This document shows positions 59,995 to 64,000 of a DNA stretch of 64,000 nt, in pieces. The DNA comes from Phaeosaccion multiseriatum (lineage: Eukaryota; Protista; Ochrophyta, other classes). A model generated the notes under the pieces. The model was given only the letters and a program-made list of their open reading frames with translations. It searched no databases and was not told the origin of the DNA. Each line of letters opens with the position of its first letter. Position 1 is the first letter of the stretch. Position numbers and translations under genes: made by a program. Where the stretch lies: assembly GCA_965112735.1 (NCBI GenBank), contig OZ218950.1, positions 6,138,001 through 6,202,000 of the forward strand, read 5' to 3'.

Positions 59995-61396
59995 ATCACC
60001 AACTCCTGCCGCATGTTCCTCTCCCTTCATCTGTCACCCTTTCATCCTGTAACCTCCTCCCTCATCTGACACCCTCAACCCTTCCCTCCCCCCCCCGTCA
60101 CTCTCACTCTCACCCCCCTCCAGTCCCTCTCACCCCAGTCCTCCCCTCTCATTTGCGAACCTCTCATTCCCTTCATCCGTCCTCACCCACCCCCCTCGCA
60201 CCTGCGACTGGTACGACATGAAGGACTCGAACGCGTTCCTCGTTGAGTGCAAGACCACCACCCCTTGGCAGCTGAGCCAGTCGGCCAGCCTCCCCAGCAG
60301 GTGGCCGGGTATCTGGTTATACATTACCTTGAAGCCTACCGCGTCTAGCCCCTGCTCCGAGGCCAGGAGACAGGGAGAGGTCTGAGGAGGGGGGGCACCC
60401 CCAGCCGTATCACCAACAGCCGTACCCGTTGCCGCCTTACAGCCGGCTGTCTTATAGAAGGCCCGCTGCAACTCGTCTCTGTTGTGTGTGCATGTGCATG
60501 TGCATGTATGTGTGTGTGTGTATCGTGCCCAGCGGGCGGCAGTGAAGCGAAGCGCAAAAGCAGTGGCGGTGGCAGAGAGAGGAGGTAAGAGGGAGAAGGA
60601 AGGAGGACAAAGGGGAGGAAAAGGGGCGAAGAAGGGGGAAGAGATGCGGACATACGCAGCGTATAACATAGCACCGACGACGTGATGGATGCAATGATTA
60701 CACATTTGTTGCCATCTTCCAAGGCTCGCTTACCGATACGCCTCCCATGTGACGGAGCTGAGGTCATCCTCTGACGCCTCCCCAAAGGCTCCTTGTTTGA
60801 GTGCCGTTCGGACCACTTCTCCCTTCTCCGTGGCCATATTGGGATGTGTGTTTAGCCTCCGTATTAGCCACGTGGAACCGGACTTTTGGCTGGTGATGAG
60901 CATGAAGGGTTGAAAGCCCCAAGATACAGCCTCCTCTGATGTGTGTGTGGGTCCGCAGACGGGAGGAGAGGAGAAGGAAGATTTTGTTTAGTGGGGGCAG
61001 GAGGGGGGGGGGGGGGATTGATGGTAGGGACATTTCCTCCCTCTCCTTTCCACTCCTCTTTCTTCTTGCCTCCGACCCCGTATGTATCCATCACTTCTCT
61101 TTACCTGGGGGGCACATCCTTTCCCCTCCCACTCCTCCAGCCGTGGCAGCCCCAAAGAAGGTATCATCCGGGGCCTGCATATTAAAGAGCGAGCCGCTCA
61201 CATTCCTCAGTAGCCCACCCAACAGGTGATCGTCCAAGACAGAGGCGAGGAGTAGATACGGAGCTGCAATGAAAGCGATCGTCAGGCACCGCCGACAGCG
61301 AAGACCTCCGCCAAAACGCCTCCAAAGGCTGCTGATTCCTCCAGAGTTTCCATGCTCTCTACTCCTACGACTTCTGCTGCTCTGTGCGCTGAACAT
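58410..61396 (-). CDS. Type II membrane sulfotransferase (Stf0/NodH-like), multi-exon
   Basis: N-terminal TM segment CLTIAFIAAPYLLLASVL. Exon ~60934-60734 FMLITSQKSGSTWLIRRLNTHPNMATEKGE is the 5'-PSB PAPS motif. AVGFKVMYNQ...VVVLHSTRNAFESFMS is the 3'-PB. YMELHYHLL, LQAFLGV and KLH...VSNWKAVAKALKGT give the C-terminal signature. Confidence 0.8.
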
Positions 61397-61919
61397 GGTC
61401 GGAAGCCCCCCCCCCTGGAGCCTCCGACCAACGGGAGGAGGAGTCGCCCCCGCTCAGCCAAAGTGTCCCCTATGAGAGTTGGGTGCAGAAGACAGAGGAT
61501 CTGCTGGTGCTAGTGCTCCTTCTGCTGCTTGTGCTCCAACGTTGCAAAGCTAATGCATACAATACAGGCAATGAAGAGAGAGAGAAGAGGAGAGGAGGGA
61601 AGGAGGGAAGGAAAAATCCAAAAATCCGAGTTCCGAGGCCGATGCGGCTGGAGAACCAACCAATGCGGCGATCGCCAACTGTGGCTACCCAAACAAACAG
61701 GCTCGCTGCGCGGGCGCGCTCCCAGGATAAAAAAAGCAACAAACAGACCCGTGTTATGTGAATAGCATCCAAGGCTTCTCTGGGAAGTGCTTTGCAAAAA
61801 CATCTGCGAAACTCTTCGTATTTCGGCTGTTATCAGCAGGTCTCCTTCAGCGTTTGTTCCGTTCCTCGCCCTTTCGAGGTAGTCACGTCGACACGGCGGC
61901 GAAGCTGGGGCTGAAGGAG

Positions 61920-64000
61920 ATGGTGACCCACCCGAGGGTCTTAGGCACAGCAATCTCTCTGGTTGGGGGATGGCTGCTGTTGAAGAGTCGGGTGAATCGC
62001 TCGGCGGGGAGGTGAGAACAGGGACGAAGAGAAGGGGGGGCGGGAAGAAGGCTTAAATGACTTGCGGGCCGGAGGGGGGGATGTGGCGGCCGCCTTTCCC
62101 AAGGATCAGAGTCAGGCTGGGAAAATGTGGTATGATTGCAGCGGCCACAGCTTCGTTCTAGTGTCTCTCTAATGAACGCTCGTCCATGTCCGTCGTTCTT
62201 GCTGGTGTCACGGCGTTGATTGAACGCCCCCCCTTTCCTCTGTCTCCCTCTGCCCCTCTTCTCCTCCCCACCCCTTTCACACCTGATAGGCTGGCGCGGC
62301 TGGTTGGCTTCCTTCGCATGGCATTGTGCGCTCCCCTCATGCTGGCGCAAGTGGGTGGTGTCGTGGCCCTTGTCAACTTTTTCACCCTCACCGTCAAGTG
62401 GTGGAATCAGAGGCTGGCGAGAGATCTGGTGAGTGTGACAGCGTAAGCCCTCTCTATCTCTATCATAACCGTTCCCTCCTGCCACCCTGACTCTCTCCCT
62501 CACCCCCCCCCCCTCCTCGCTTTCCTCTCTCCTCTCGTTTCAATATCATCCACCTCCACCCCCCCCCCCCTCCTCCTCCTCCTCCTCCTCCTCCTCCTCT
62601 TCCCCTCCACAGAATTGCTCCTGGTCCCAACAGCTCTTCGTGCAAGGCATGTCGGCCGTGTTTCCCTCGTCCAAAATCGTGATATCGGGAGAGCTGCCCA
62701 CAGACGACACTCAGGCCATTGTCATCTGCAATCACCAGGTACATATAGTTAACAGTTACATGATACTTACAATGACAGTTACAAGTAGGTTAGTAGGACA
62801 GGGAAGGGGGTAGGGGGTGGCAGTGGATGGTCAGAGCTTACTGTACTCTCAGTTACAGTGCTATCAAACTGGGGCATGAAAGTCCGTGCTTTGGCTTGTC
62901 CGGGACATGGTTTCCCGCTCCTCATGGCCAGTCGGACAGAGTGACACCACCTCATACCGTTCCCTCCTCCCTGTGCTGCTGCTTCTCTTTCTCTCTCCTT
63001 GTGTTTGTGTGTGTGCGCGTGCGTGCCTGTTTGCCTGTGTGTCTGTGTGTGTGTATTCATGTGTATGACCGTCTTGCCTTGTTGCTGCTCTGCACTGCTC
63101 TTCCCGGCTGCAGATCGACACGGACTGGTGGTACGTATGGGAAATGTTGCGCTGTGTGGGTCGGCACGGAGATGCGAAGGTGGGTGGGTGGATGGGTGAA
63201 GTATGTCAATGGGTGGCTGGATGGGTGAAGTATGTCAATGGGTGGGTGGATGGGTGAAGTATGTCAATGGGTGGGTGGATGGGTGAAGTATGTCAATGGG
63301 TGGGTGGATGGGTGAAGTATGTCAATGGGTGGGTGCATACGTGGGTGGGTAGATGGATGGGTGCGTGCGTGCGTGCGTGCGTGCGTGCGTATGTCTGTCT
63401 GCAAGGGGTGAGAAGGGAAGAGAGCATGAAGGGAGGGTAGGGGTAGAGAGAGATTGACCCGGCCCGTCTACCCCTCTCCACTCTCTCTGCACTGCCTCCT
63501 GCACTGCCTTACAGTTCATTATGAAGGACGATTTCGAGAAGATCCCGCTCGTGGCGGCAGGGGTGCGGGGGCTTCAATTCGTCACACTCAAGAGAGACTG
63601 GGCCAAGGTGAGGTACATAACATTTTTTTTACTTACGTGTGTGTGTGTCTTGGTGAGGAGGAGGAGGAGGAGGAGGAGGAGGACAGGGATACTGTTTTGT
63701 TGCGAGGAGGACAGGGACTGGCGAGCACGGCAAGAGGAGATGGGAGAGCGGTGAGCCCAGCCGACCCCTCTGACATCATTTGATGTGATGTGATGTGTTG
63801 TGGTGTGATGTACGCGCAGGACAAGGACAACTTAGAGAAGCAGCTCCGCGTGTTTGCGGATGACGACAGGAAGCTTCGCCTGGTCATCTTCCCCGAGGTG
63901 AGCAAGGTTGGGCATCAGGTTGGGTACTTATGCTCCGAACGCCGACGGAAGAAAGAGGGCCCGCCCATTGCTTCAGTGCTTTTGTGCGTATTCTTTCTTT
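61920..64000 (+). CDS. Lysocardiolipin/1-acyl-sn-glycerol-3-phosphate acyltransferase (LCLAT1/LPAT4-5-like), 3'-truncated by the window
   Basis: Spliced exons give AIVICNHQ|IDTDWWYVW (NHX4D catalytic motif), FIMKDDFEKIPLV...FVTLKRDWAK|DKDNL and LVIFPE(G). N-terminal TM helices are present. Confidence 0.88.
63185..63335. repeat. 27-bp intronic minisatellite GGGTGGGTGGATGGGTGAAGTATGTCAAT-like, about 5 copies
   Basis: Directly visible. Confidence 0.9.

Noticed and set aside
1-64000. tRNA, rRNA, telomeric arrays or an autonomous transposase/RT
   Set aside because: No cloverleaf, rRNA-like segment, TTAGGG-type array or transposase/RT motif was recognised by eye; a covariance or HMM scan was not run.

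Overview
Eukaryotic, intron-rich, microsatellite-laden genomic DNA. The intron style ((GGGA)n/(CCCT)n, (ACTC)n, (CA)n) and gene content suggest a stramenopile alga, possibly a eustigmatophyte; this is an inference. Seven spliced host genes or gene fragments are present: a 5' fragment at the left edge, a PRELI/MSF1-like lipid-transfer gene (-), SNF7/CHMP4 (+), a TPR-like plus 2OG-Fe(II) oxygenase-like gene (+), a 37.8-kb plant-type sacsin-like gene with three SRR repeats, an internal UBA domain and a C-terminal RING (-), an Stf0/NodH-type sulfotransferase (-), and a partial LCLAT/LPAAT acyltransferase (+). Between the oxygenase and sacsin genes lies a ~7.2-kb intronless island (12951-~20170). 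It contains possible Helitron termini, a mosaic duplication, two long foldback palindromes, two degenerate paralogous CxxxGC/CxxH zinc-finger-repeat genes, and an (F-box-like)-FNIP repeat gene whose 123-bp repeats are nearly identical except at two hypervariable codon patches. Across the host genes, two short motifs (CAGTTGGTGATAC and GGATGGCAGTGGATGG) recur dozens of times, including inside exons in several reading frames. Many introns carry mutually complementary repeats at their two ends. Coordinates and counts were read by eye; splice models other than SNF7 are partial.
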